Part shown: piece after piece, positions 18,788-28,205 of the stretch
How positions within the stretch are numbered: the first letter of the stretch is position 1
Layout: each line of letters starts with the position of its first letter
Assembly: GCA_964406665.1 (NCBI GenBank)
Contig: CAYOSQ010000001.1
Span: 135,412 to 199,411, forward strand
Reading direction: 5' to 3'
Source of the DNA: an uncultured Planctomycetia bacterium
Lineage (GTDB): Bacteria; Omnitrophota; Gorgyraeia; VGKH01; JBHPFN01
Length of the DNA: 64,000 bases
Program-made: the position numbers and the translations under genes
The notes under the pieces: model-generated
Databases searched by the model: none
What the model saw: the letters and a program-made list of their open reading frames with translations, nothing else
Told to the model about the DNA's origin: nothing

Positions 18788-19756
18788 ATGATAAGAATAT
18801 TAAAGAGTCCTAGATTGAAACATGCAATTTTCATCGCCGCATGGCCTGGAATGGGAAGCGTTGCATTGAAATCAGCTATTTGCTTGAAAGATTCTCTGAA
18901 AGCTCAGGAATTTGCTAAGCTTGAGGCGGGAAAATATTTTTCTCCTCAGGCTGCGGTTATTGAAAATGGCTGCATAAGTGTGCCAAAGCCACCAGAGGGT
19001 AAATTTTATTACTGGAAGAATAAAAATGGAAAAAACGACATCATTATTTTTATTAGCGAAGCTCAGCCCTTGCAGGAAAAAAGCCTTGAATATTCAAAGC
19101 TAATTATTGATTTTGTTAGCAAGTTCAAAATAGACATGGTTATGACTTTTGCAGCTATGCCTTTACCCATTGACCATTATCAAGAACCAGGCGCATGGAT
19201 AACTGCAACTCACAAGAAAATATTTGAACGTACAAAAGGACTAAAAGCAAAGACCTTAACCTCTGGGCAGATAAGTGGATTAAACGGTTTATTTTTAGGT
19301 GTTGCCAAGCAATCAGGTTTAAACGGATTGTGTTTGCTGGGAGAGATTCCTCTTTATGCCGTGCACATAGATAACCCAAAGGCTTCTTTGGCAGTGTTAG
19401 AAGTTGCAGTAAAACTTCTTTCAGTAGAAATTAACTTTCAAGAATTAAAAGCAGCAGCTAAAACTATGGAACAGGAAATAGAAAAGCTTATTGAATATTT
19501 AAAGATTCCTCCGGAAGAGCATGCTAAGCCGATATCGGAAGAAGAAGTTGACGGAATAAAAAATATGTTGTCAGCTCAAAGCAATGTGCCTGATTCTGCT
19601 CGTCGAAGAATCGAGTCTCTGTTTAAGCAAGCCCAGCAGGATATTACCAGAGCTAATACGCTTAAAAAAGAGTTGGATGAGTGGAATGCGTATAAGGAGT
19701 ATGAAGATAGATTTTTAGATTTATTTAAGAAAAAGACTACAAGAAAAGATAACTAA
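18788..19756 (+). CDS. PAC2 (proteasome assembly chaperone-like) family protein
   Basis: AAWPGMGSVA, EAQP, ISGLNG, CLLGEIP and NPKAS motifs. Confidence 0.8.
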   Translation: MIRILKSPRLKHAIFIAAWPGMGSVALKSAICLKDSLKAQEFAKLEAGKYFSPQAAVIENGCISVPKPPEGKFYYWKNKNGKNDIIIFISEAQPLQEKSLEYSKLIIDFVSKFKIDMVMTFAAMPLPIDHYQEPGAWITATHKKIFERTKGLKAKTLTSGQISGLNGLFLGVAKQSGLNGLCLLGEIPLYAVHIDNPKASLAVLEVAVKLLSVEINFQELKAAAKTMEQEIEKLIEYLKIPPEEHAKPISEEEVDGIKNMLSAQSNVPDSARRRIESLFKQAQQDITRANTLKKELDEWNAYKEYEDRFLDLFKKKTTRKDN

Positions 19757-19801
19757 CAGCCACCTCAAAATAAACAATCATATCCAAACAATACCCTTTC
19801 A

Positions 19802-20488
19802 GTGAAAGCAGTTACTAGCGGTCAAATCCAGCAATTAGATAAGCAGGCTATTGAAGGCCTAGGCATTGATTCTCTGTTTTTAATGGAGAATGCAGGTAGG
19901 GGTGTTTCGCAATTCGTTGAAGAAATACTTAATAAAAAAAATAATGATAAAGTAGTTGTGATTTGCGGTAAAGGCAATAATGGTGGAGATGGCTTTGTTG
20001 TTGCGCGCCATCTCTTAAATAGAGGAAAAAGCGTCTCAGTCTTTTTGCTAGGTAAAAAAACAGATATCAAAAAAGATGCAGAAGCAAATCTTAAAAAGCT
20101 AAAAGCATTAAATTGTGAAGTTGCCGAAATAGCTGATGAAAAATCACAAAAATATTTTTATGATATTTTGCCGAACTCGGATATTTTAGTTGATGCTATC
20201 TTTGGCGTAGGGCTTAAGGGTCAGATAAAAGGCATAGCTAGTGATATTATTTCTGCAATGAATAAATCAAATAAACCGATTGTGTCTATCGATGTTCCTT
20301 CCGGATTAGATTCTACCACAGGGGAGATTTGCGGATTTTGCGTAAAATCAACTCTAACAGTAAGTTTTACACTTGCGAAACGAGGGTTTTTCTTAAAAAA
20401 CGGTCCTGAGTATATAGGCGAATTAAGCGTTATTGACATTGGGATTCCTAAAGAATTAGTAGCTAAAATAAGCCATGAAAGTAGCTGA
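19802..20488 (+). CDS. nnrE: NAD(P)H-hydrate epimerase (stand-alone YjeF N-domain)
   Basis: LMENAG, GKGNNGGDG, DAIFGVG, DVPSG. Confidence 0.93.
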   Translation: MKAVTSGQIQQLDKQAIEGLGIDSLFLMENAGRGVSQFVEEILNKKNNDKVVVICGKGNNGGDGFVVARHLLNRGKSVSVFLLGKKTDIKKDAEANLKKLKALNCEVAEIADEKSQKYFYDILPNSDILVDAIFGVGLKGQIKGIASDIISAMNKSNKPIVSIDVPSGLDSTTGEICGFCVKSTLTVSFTLAKRGFFLKNGPEYIGELSVIDIGIPKELVAKISHESS

Positions 20489-21140
20489 GAAGGAAACAAT
20501 TTCTAGCACCATAAGAATTTTAAAAAGAGAAGTTAAAAAGTTTAAAACGCCTTCTGTGACTGAAATAGCACTTGAGTTTAACAGCCCTTTTCATGTTTTG
20601 ATTTCTTGTATATTAAGTTTAAGAACGAAAGATTATGTAACTATAAAGGCATCGAGGCGGTTATTTGGGCTTGCCTCAACACCAAGTGATGTTTCCGGTC
20701 TTTCTGTTGCAAAGATTGAAAAATCAATTTATCCTGTGGGGTTCTATCATACTAAAGCAAAGAATATAAAAAATATCTGCGCGAATTTAATCAAGCGTTT
20801 TAATAGCAAGGTTCCCGATGATTTAGAATTATTGTTGAGTTTACCGGGGGTTGGTAGAAAAACAGCTAATTTAGTTTTAACCGAAGGTTTTAATAAGCTG
20901 GGTGTGTGTGTTGATACACACGTGCATCGAATTTCTAATCGACTCGGCTATGTTAAAACATCTTCACCTGAGCAAACCGAGATGTCTCTAAGAAAAAAGC
21001 TACCCAAGAGATACTGGAAGGTTTATAATTATCTTTTAGTAGCATGGGGACAGAATATATGTAGGCCAATAGGGCCCCGTTGCAGCATCTGCCAGATTAG
21101 TTTATATTGTAAAAAAAGTAATGTTATAAACAATAGATAG
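20475..21140 (+). CDS. nth: Endonuclease III
   Basis: LPGVGRKTA HhH, VDTHVHR, C-x6-C-x2-C-x5-C Fe-S motif. Confidence 0.93.
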   Translation: MKVAEKETISSTIRILKREVKKFKTPSVTEIALEFNSPFHVLISCILSLRTKDYVTIKASRRLFGLASTPSDVSGLSVAKIEKSIYPVGFYHTKAKNIKNICANLIKRFNSKVPDDLELLLSLPGVGRKTANLVLTEGFNKLGVCVDTHVHRISNRLGYVKTSSPEQTEMSLRKKLPKRYWKVYNYLLVAWGQNICRPIGPRCSICQISLYCKKSNVINNR

Positions 21141-21146
21141 AAGAAA

Positions 21147-22151
21147 ATGGACAAAATACTTTTAGGCCATGGAAGCGGTGGGAAATTAATGCATTCTTTA
21201 ATTAAGGATGTTTTGATTAAACATTTAAGCAATCCTTATTTAGATAGACTTTCGGATTCTTGCATATTGAATATTGGTAAAAATAAGGTTGCTTTTACCA
21301 CGGACTCTTTTGTTGTAAAGCCGATATTCTTTAAAGGTGCTGATATTGGAAAGCTTTCTGTTTGTGGTACTATCAATGATCTTTGTGTAATGGGTGCAAG
21401 CCCACGATACCTTTCTTGTGGGATAATTGTCGAAGAAGGTTTTGAAATTAAAAAACTAGAGATTATTACAAAATCAATACAAGCTACAGCAAGAAAGTCA
21501 AAAGTCAACATTGTCACCGGTGATTTTAAAGTAGTTGAAAAAGGTTCTTGTGATGGAATATTTATAAATACAGCAGGGATTGGAGAAGTTTATCCTGGCG
21601 TAGATTTGAAAATTGAAAATATAAAACCCAAAGATAAAATTATTATTAACGGCTCAATCGCAGAACACGGTATTGCTGTGATGAAAGAGAGGATGGAGTT
21701 AGATTTTGATTTTTCAGTAAAGAGCGATTGTGCGTCATTGGATACGTTGCTGATACCATTACTTAAGATAAAAGGTGCAATAAAATTTATGCGTGATCCC
21801 ACCAGAGGCGGATTAGCTACGACTTTAAATGAAATATCCGCAGAAGCTAAATTAGGCATTATGCTTGATGAGAAAAGAATCCCTATAAAGAGACCAGTAA
21901 GAGCCGCCTGTGAGATTTTAGGTCTGGACCCTTTGTATATAGCCAATGAAGGTAAAGCAGTAATCATAGTTGATAGCAGAAAAGCAAATTCGATATTAAA
22001 GAGCATGAAAAAACATCCTTTGGGTAAAGAGTCAAGAATAATCGGCGAAGTAGTTGGTAAGCCAAAATCAAAGGTATGTCTTAATACTTTTTCCGGAGGA
22101 GTTAGAGTTGCAGATATGCTTACAAGTGATCCCTTGCCAAGAATCTGTTAA
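21147..22151 (+). CDS. hypE: Hydrogenase maturation protein HypE
   Basis: HGSGG, DSFVV, MRDPTRGG, ANEG and terminal PRIC. Confidence 0.96.
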   Translation: MDKILLGHGSGGKLMHSLIKDVLIKHLSNPYLDRLSDSCILNIGKNKVAFTTDSFVVKPIFFKGADIGKLSVCGTINDLCVMGASPRYLSCGIIVEEGFEIKKLEIITKSIQATARKSKVNIVTGDFKVVEKGSCDGIFINTAGIGEVYPGVDLKIENIKPKDKIIINGSIAEHGIAVMKERMELDFDFSVKSDCASLDTLLIPLLKIKGAIKFMRDPTRGGLATTLNEISAEAKLGIMLDEKRIPIKRPVRAACEILGLDPLYIANEGKAVIIVDSRKANSILKSMKKHPLGKESRIIGEVVGKPKSKVCLNTFSGGVRVADMLTSDPLPRIC

Positions 22152-22161
22152 ATTTTTTCAA

Positions 22162-22902
22162 ATGAAAACTAATCAATTTCAAGAACGGTTTTATCGAAAA
22201 TGGAGCAGTAGCATTAAGCTTAATAAAATTAATGTAGTTGAGCGCGAGTCTGACCTCTTGGTTTTAAGTGATTTTGTTATTGAAAAAAAAATAATTAGTA
22301 AATCAATTTTAAAATATAGAAAACAAATAGAAAGTTATATTAAAAAAAATAAAAATTTCTTAACAAGTTTAAAACCGATTAAAATAAATAAAATTTCTCC
22401 AGAAATTATAAAAAAAATGGCAAATGCTGCAAAAATTTCTGGCGTTGGTCCTATGGCGTCAGTTGCAGGGGCGATTTCTGAATATGTGGGAAAAGATTTT
22501 CAAAGAAAGTGTAAAGATTTAATAATAGAAAATGGAGGAGACATATTTATAAAGACATCAAAGAAAAGATTGGTGGGAATTTATGCAGGAAATTCTGAAT
22601 TATCAGGAAAAATTTCATTAGAAATAGATCCTGAAGATTCACCCTTAGGTATTTGTACCTCGTCGGGAACAGTGGGCCATTCTTTGAGTTTTGGCAGTGC
22701 AGATGCAGTTATTGTTATTTCTAATTCCGCGATTATAGCGGATTGTTTCGCAACTGCAATAGCCAACAAAATTAAAATCGAATCTGATATAGTTGATGCG
22801 TTGAAATTTGTAAAAATACATAAGGAAATTAAAGGTATTGTAATAATTTTCAAAAATATTTTAAGCGCATTTGGAAAAATAAAAATAGTTAAAAACAAAT
22901 AA
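22162..22902 (+). CDS. UPF0280/ApbE-like protein (ATG 22162 preferred over 22054)
   Basis: VGPMASVAGAI, ENGGDI, CTSSGTVGHSLSFG, ADxxATAIAN. Confidence 0.85.
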   Translation: MKTNQFQERFYRKWSSSIKLNKINVVERESDLLVLSDFVIEKKIISKSILKYRKQIESYIKKNKNFLTSLKPIKINKISPEIIKKMANAAKISGVGPMASVAGAISEYVGKDFQRKCKDLIIENGGDIFIKTSKKRLVGIYAGNSELSGKISLEIDPEDSPLGICTSSGTVGHSLSFGSADAVIVISNSAIIADCFATAIANKIKIESDIVDALKFVKIHKEIKGIVIIFKNILSAFGKIKIVKNK

Positions 22903-22960
22903 AGATTTTTGCAAAAAAATAATTTTTTTTCAAAATTTTTTAAAAGTATGCAAAAAATTC

Positions 22961-22989
22961 TTGACAAAGTGTCGTCAATATGTTAAAAA
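22961..22989 (+). promoter_or_regulatory. Possible promoter for the ATP-grasp/KamA pair
   Basis: Perfect TTGACA; weak -10 (TAAAAA) at 17 nt with TG. Confidence 0.4.
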
Positions 22990-23109
22990 AAAAATAGAAA
23001 TAATTTTTTGTAAAATTATTTTAGGAGGCAAAAATAAAAAATAAAAACAATATTCGGTAAATTGTTATTGGGCTTATTAGGGCCCTTTTTTCATTTTTGA
23101 GGAATAGAA

Positions 23110-24105
23110 ATGGGTAAAAAAGTAGGACTAACATATGACCTTAAGGAAAATTATAGCCTGAAAAAGGGCGATCCGGAAGATTTGTATGCGGAATTCGATC
23201 CAGAAGTTACGGTTAATAATATTGCTGCTGCCTTAGAAAGAAGAAAACACAAAGTAAAAAAGATTGGCGGGGTAAGTAATTTATTACAAAAGATAAATAA
23301 TCTTGATGTTGATATAATTTTTAATATTTCCGAAGGTCTTGTTGGCCGCAACCGCGAATCTCAGGTGCCTATAATCTTGGAAATGAATAATATTCCTTAC
23401 GTAGGTTCTGACGGCTTAACTTTAGCGCTCACTTTAGATAAAATAATGGCAAAAAAAATATTGGTCGCTGAAGGTATCCCCACGCCTAGATTTGTCGAAG
23501 TTCCCAATGCTGTTTCTTTAAACGGGCAGATGAACCACATGGAATATCCGCTTATTGTTAAGCCTAGGCATGAGGGTTCATCCAAAGGATTAAGTGATAA
23601 ATCCCGGGTTGAAAACGAAAAAGATTTGAAAGAGCAGATAGATTTTATAGCAACGACTTATAATCAATCTGTTTTGGTTGAAGAGTTTATTAGCGGTACT
23701 GAGTTTACAGTGGGTATCGTTGGGAATGAAGATCCCTTAGTTTTTCCTCCTGTCCAGGTAAAGATTGATGGAAAGACTGATCTGGGAGACATGTTTTATA
23801 CATTTGCCAGGATTTATTCTGATAGATTGCAATATCTTTGCCCTGCTGAGATTTCAGAAAGATTAGAAAAGAAGTTGAAGAATTTAGCGTTAAAAACTTA
23901 TCAGGCTATGGAATGTAAAGATTTTGGCCGCATTGATTTTAGAGTAGATGAGAAAGGCCATCCTTTTGTCCTGGAAATAAATCCTTTGCCGTGTTTATCT
24001 GTCGACGATGTATTTAATACCGTTACCAAAGAAATCGGCATGTCTTACGATGAGGTGGTAGATAAAGTGCTTCAAGTAGCTTTAGAGCGTTACGGCATAA
24101 ATTAA
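23110..24105 (+). CDS. D-Ala-D-Ala ligase-like ATP-grasp enzyme
   Basis: DKIMAK, VKPxxEGSSKG, EEFI, RIDFR, EINPLP; N-terminus is not that of a canonical Ddl. Confidence 0.85.
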   Translation: MGKKVGLTYDLKENYSLKKGDPEDLYAEFDPEVTVNNIAAALERRKHKVKKIGGVSNLLQKINNLDVDIIFNISEGLVGRNRESQVPIILEMNNIPYVGSDGLTLALTLDKIMAKKILVAEGIPTPRFVEVPNAVSLNGQMNHMEYPLIVKPRHEGSSKGLSDKSRVENEKDLKEQIDFIATTYNQSVLVEEFISGTEFTVGIVGNEDPLVFPPVQVKIDGKTDLGDMFYTFARIYSDRLQYLCPAEISERLEKKLKNLALKTYQAMECKDFGRIDFRVDEKGHPFVLEINPLPCLSVDDVFNTVTKEIGMSYDEVVDKVLQVALERYGIN

Positions 24106-24122
24106 ACACAAGAGGTGTTTAA

Positions 24123-25295
24123 GTGGCACAGACCACAATTCTAGAAAAAGAACAACTTACCCCAAAAGAAGCAAAGATATTCTTTGAGTATCAGAGAATT
24201 GATGCCTGGAATGATATTGAATTAGAAGATTGGGAAGATTGGCAGTGGCAACTTAAAAACCGTCTGCGTAGCAAAGATGATATATCCAAGATTATTACCT
24301 TAACCCAAGAAGAAGAGGATGGAATAAAAAAATGTAATGGTCGCCTACCCATGGCCATTACTCCTTACTGGTCTTCTTTGATGGATGCTCAAGATCCTAA
24401 TTGTCCTATCAAAAGACAGGCAGTTCCTTTAAAAGATGAATTTGTTACTTCCGATTGCGAAATGGCTGATCCTTGCGGTGAAGATAAAGATTCTCCAGCG
24501 CCGGGCTTAGTACATCGTTATCCTGATAGAGTATTGCTTCTTGTAACCGAGCAATGTGCAATGTATTGTCGCCACTGTACCAGAAGAAGAATGGTAGGCG
24601 AGAAGAAGCATCTTACTGCACCTTCTAAACTGGATGCGGCCTATGAATATATTAAATCTAATCGTAAGATCCGCGACGTGCTTATCTCTGGTGGAGACCC
24701 TCTTATGCTTGAAGATGATAAGTTAGAAGATATAATCAAAAATATTCGCTCAATTAATCATGTAGAATTCCTGCGCATCGGAACCAGAGTTCCAGTAACT
24801 CTTCCGCAAAGAATTACTGAAGAATTAGTTAAAATGCTTAAGAAATATGCTCCTATCTGGATAAGTTTACACTTCAACCATCCTAAAGAAATAACCAAGA
24901 GATGCAAACTTGCCTGCAGCATGCTTGCAGATAGCGGGTTTCCCTTAGGTAGTCAGACAGTATTGTTGAAAGGCGTAAACGACAGATCTCATGCTATGAG
25001 AAAGTTAATGCATGAACTCTTGAAAATTCGCGTTAGGCCTTATTATATCTATCAGTGTGATCCTGCCCAAGGTACAGGGCATTTCCGTACGTCAATTGCT
25101 ACAGGGGTTAACATTATGGAGAAACTACGTGGTCATACTTCGGGATATGCTGTTCCTACATATGTTGTAGATGCCCCGGGTGGGGGCGGCAAAATTCCTG
25201 TTAGTCCGGATTATGTTGTTTCGCATGATAAAGGTGTATATAACCTGCGTAATTTCCGCGGAGAAGAATATAGTTACTTGGAACCTCAAGAATAA
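24123..25295 (+). CDS. KamA-family radical SAM enzyme (lysine 2,3-aminomutase-like)
   Basis: HRYPDR, CAMYCRHC, SGGDPL, DAPGGGGK PLP lysine. Confidence 0.92.
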   Translation: MAQTTILEKEQLTPKEAKIFFEYQRIDAWNDIELEDWEDWQWQLKNRLRSKDDISKIITLTQEEEDGIKKCNGRLPMAITPYWSSLMDAQDPNCPIKRQAVPLKDEFVTSDCEMADPCGEDKDSPAPGLVHRYPDRVLLLVTEQCAMYCRHCTRRRMVGEKKHLTAPSKLDAAYEYIKSNRKIRDVLISGGDPLMLEDDKLEDIIKNIRSINHVEFLRIGTRVPVTLPQRITEELVKMLKKYAPIWISLHFNHPKEITKRCKLACSMLADSGFPLGSQTVLLKGVNDRSHAMRKLMHELLKIRVRPYYIYQCDPAQGTGHFRTSIATGVNIMEKLRGHTSGYAVPTYVVDAPGGGGKIPVSPDYVVSHDKGVYNLRNFRGEEYSYLEPQE

Positions 25296-25376
25296 CTTGC
25301 CTGTTATTTCTTTCCTATATATAGTTGCTTTCACAAAAAATTAAATTTTTAATTTTTTTAGAAGAAAAACCCTAAT

Positions 25377-25400
25377 AACTGCTTCTATTTAGCAGTTTTT
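25377..25400 (+). terminator. Probable intrinsic terminator after the KamA gene
   Basis: AACTGCT-7 nt-AGCAGTT then TTT. Confidence 0.5.
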
Positions 25401-25438
25401 GTCCTGTTTTGCATAGAAAAGTTCTTTTTTAGATTCTC

Positions 25439-25467
25439 TTGACGTCTTTATGCATTTTATTTATAAT
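25439..25467 (+). promoter_or_regulatory. Sigma70 promoter for the EF-G2 operon
   Basis: TTGACG-17 nt-TATAAT. Confidence 0.75.
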
Positions 25468-25531
25468 AAACCTTGTCTTTTTATAATATATTCTTCAAAC
25501 CTAAACATAAACCAATCAAAAAAAGGAAAAC

Positions 25532-27484
25532 ATGATGGAAGCAAAGATGAAACGAAATTTTATGATTGCTGGTCATGCTCATTGTGGAAAAACTTCTTTA
25601 GCCGAAGGTTTAATATTTGCCTGTGGATCTAGTCCGCGCAAAGGCAACGTAACCGAAGGCAATACTATAAGTGATTATGATGCAGACGAGATAGAGAGAA
25701 AAATTTCCATAGGAGCTTCTTTGCTTAACTGTGTCTACAAAAATCACCAGATACAGATGATCGATACTCCCGGATATGTTGATTTTGTAGGTGAAGTTAT
25801 CTCATCTGCAAGAGCTGTTGATGCGGCCGTAGTTGTGGTAGATGCTGTTTCAGGAATAGGGGTTGGTACTGAAAAGGCATGGGCTATTGCCGATGAATTA
25901 AACATGCCTAGAATAGTATTTATCAACAAAGTTGATAAGGAAGACGCTGATTTTAAAGAATCGTTAGCCGACATAAAAGAACAATTATCGAATAAGGTTG
26001 TTTCTATAGAATCTTTACAGGATTCAGATTTGATTGAGGCGGTTGCAGAGACAGATGATAAGCTTCTGGAGAAATATCTTGAAGCCGGAACTCTTTCAGA
26101 GGAAGAAGTAAAGACGGCTTTAAGAAATGCAGTTGCGCAAGGAAGTGTGTTTCCTGCAATCGGGGGTTCTGCCTTAAATGATACCGGAGTTAAAGAACTG
26201 CTTGAGTTTATCGTTGAGTATTTGCCCTCTCCTTTAGAGCATGGTGAAATTAAATGTATTGATGCGAAAACTAAAGAGGAAAAGCAGCTGGAAATTTCTG
26301 AAGCAGGTCCGCTAAGCGCATTTGTATTTAAAACTATATCCGATCCTTATGTAGGCCAGCTTACCCTTATTAGGATTTTTTCTGGTTCTATTGCATCGAA
26401 TACAGGTTTTTATAATGCGACAAAAGAGACTAAAGAAAGAATTGGCCAGGTTTGTTTTATGCAGGGAAAAGAACAGAAGCCTGTTGATGTTGCAGGTTGT
26501 GGTGATATTGTGGCAATTGCAAAACTCAAAAATACTTCGACCTCCGATGCTATCGCCGATGAAAAAAATCTGGTTTTATTTGATGCGATTAAGTTTCCCG
26601 AATCCGCAATTTCTATGTCTGTAAAACCAAAATCCCGTCAGGATGAAGAAAAAATTTCAGCTAGCCTTTTGAAATTAAGTTTAAGCGATCCGACTTTTAG
26701 GGTAAATCGAGATAAACAAACCAAGGAGTTGATTATTTCTGGTTTGGGAAATCTTCATTTAGATATTATGATTAAGAGACTTAACCAAAGATTTAAGGTT
26801 GAAGTTGAATTGGGAACCCCTAAAGTTCCTTATAAAGAAACAATTACCAAGACAGCCGAAGTTCAGCATAAGTATAAAAAACAATCCGGAGGACGAGGTC
26901 AATACGGCGATGTTACTATTCGGGTTGAGCCATTACCTCCAGGACAGGATTTTGAATTTGTGGATGATATTTTTGGCGGGGCAATCCCGAGAAACTTTAT
27001 TCCATCCGTGGAAAAGGGTGTAAAGCAGGCAATGGCAGAAGGTGCAGTTGCCGGTTGTTCCATAGAAGGAATTAAGGTTACTTTGTTTGATGGGTCTTAC
27101 CATGCAGTAGATTCTTCTGATATGGCATTTCAGATTGCCGGAGCCATGGCTTTGCGTAGAGCTGTCAAGGAAGCTGGGCCAGTGCTTCTGGAGCCGGTTA
27201 TGAACGTAGAGGTGGTTGTGCCGGGTGATTTTACCGGTCAGATATCAGGAGATTTTAGTTCTCGCAGAGGAAGAATAGTAGGGATGGACTCTAAGGGAAA
27301 GAATGAAGTGGTTAAAGCAACTGTGCCATTATCAGAGATGTTCAAGTATTCCTCAGATCTGCGCTCTATGACCGGAGGCAGGGGTTCGTATTCTATGAGC
27401 TTTGCTGGGTTTGAGCAGGTTCCTCAAAAAATTGCACAGGGTATTATAAGTAAATATCAGGCCGATAAGAAAGAAGAAGAGTAG
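25532..27484 (+). CDS. fusA: Elongation factor G-like protein (EF-G2 type)
   Basis: GHAHCGKT, ERKISI, DTPGY, NKVD, KKQSGGRGQYG, DGSYHAVDSS. Confidence 0.9.
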   Translation: MMEAKMKRNFMIAGHAHCGKTSLAEGLIFACGSSPRKGNVTEGNTISDYDADEIERKISIGASLLNCVYKNHQIQMIDTPGYVDFVGEVISSARAVDAAVVVVDAVSGIGVGTEKAWAIADELNMPRIVFINKVDKEDADFKESLADIKEQLSNKVVSIESLQDSDLIEAVAETDDKLLEKYLEAGTLSEEEVKTALRNAVAQGSVFPAIGGSALNDTGVKELLEFIVEYLPSPLEHGEIKCIDAKTKEEKQLEISEAGPLSAFVFKTISDPYVGQLTLIRIFSGSIASNTGFYNATKETKERIGQVCFMQGKEQKPVDVAGCGDIVAIAKLKNTSTSDAIADEKNLVLFDAIKFPESAISMSVKPKSRQDEEKISASLLKLSLSDPTFRVNRDKQTKELIISGLGNLHLDIMIKRLNQRFKVEVELGTPKVPYKETITKTAEVQHKYKKQSGGRGQYGDVTIRVEPLPPGQDFEFVDDIFGGAIPRNFIPSVEKGVKQAMAEGAVAGCSIEGIKVTLFDGSYHAVDSSDMAFQIAGAMALRRAVKEAGPVLLEPVMNVEVVVPGDFTGQISGDFSSRRGRIVGMDSKGKNEVVKATVPLSEMFKYSSDLRSMTGGRGSYSMSFAGFEQVPQKIAQGIISKYQADKKEEE

Positions 27485-28182
27485 TGAAGATAGCAGTTTT
27501 TGGTTTAGAAGATTTTCCGCTGGGCAAAAATAAATTACCGGATTTTCGCATAGACGCGCTAAAAGTTTCAACTAATCCTGCCAAGACAACATATATTCAA
27601 ATAGAATTTATTGATGAGCAGAATTTAAAGGATGCAGACGGTATTGTTGCTTTAGATACAAAGAAAGCTGATGTTGCTCTCTTGGATTTAGAGTTAATCG
27701 AAACCAGGTTATCGCGTAGCGAAAGCGAAACAGAAAAGAATTTTCTTCTGCGCCTACAAAAGGAGCTTGAGCAGGAACATTTTTTAAGAAACCTATCTTT
27801 TAATGAAGAAGAGAAGAGTATGGTTTCCACGCTCAATTTTATAACAATAAAACCAATATTATTTATTTCTCAAGAAGACAGTAGTGATTTAGATTCACTG
27901 ATGCTTAAAATGTTTAAAGCCGCAGGAATGATTTCTTTTATTACTGTTGGTCAAAAAGAGCTCAGGGTCTGGGATTTAAAACATGGTTTAAATGCACATG
28001 ATGCCGCAGGATGTATTCATTCAGATATTCAAAGAGGTTTTATTAAGGCAGAAGTTTTTAATTATAAAGATGTCGAATCATTAGGCGATATAAGGGATGC
28101 ACGCTTAAAGGCAATGCATTTGGAAGAAAAAGAATATATCGTTGAAGATGGAGATATCTTAAATTTTAGATTTAATGTTTAA
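27484..28182 (+). CDS. Truncated YchF-like protein (C-terminal TGS/DUF933 part intact, no P-loop)
   Basis: AAGCIHSDIQRGFIKAEV and EYIVEDGDILNFRFNV; no GxxxxGK. Confidence 0.8.
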   Translation: MKIAVFGLEDFPLGKNKLPDFRIDALKVSTNPAKTTYIQIEFIDEQNLKDADGIVALDTKKADVALLDLELIETRLSRSESETEKNFLLRLQKELEQEHFLRNLSFNEEEKSMVSTLNFITIKPILFISQEDSSDLDSLMLKMFKAAGMISFITVGQKELRVWDLKHGLNAHDAAGCIHSDIQRGFIKAEVFNYKDVESLGDIRDARLKAMHLEEKEYIVEDGDILNFRFNV

Positions 28183-28205
28183 CTTTCTTAAAAAGGGGAT
28201 AAGCA

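Noticed and set aside
2-22151. Separation of hypD and hypE by ~20 kb as a single insertion event
   Set aside because: The intervening DNA is largely housekeeping genes; scattered hyp genes need no special explanation
22980-22997. MLKKK mini-ORF as a lysine-sensing leader peptide for the KamA operon
   Set aside because: Overlaps the putative -10, has no RBS and is easily explained by a poly-A run
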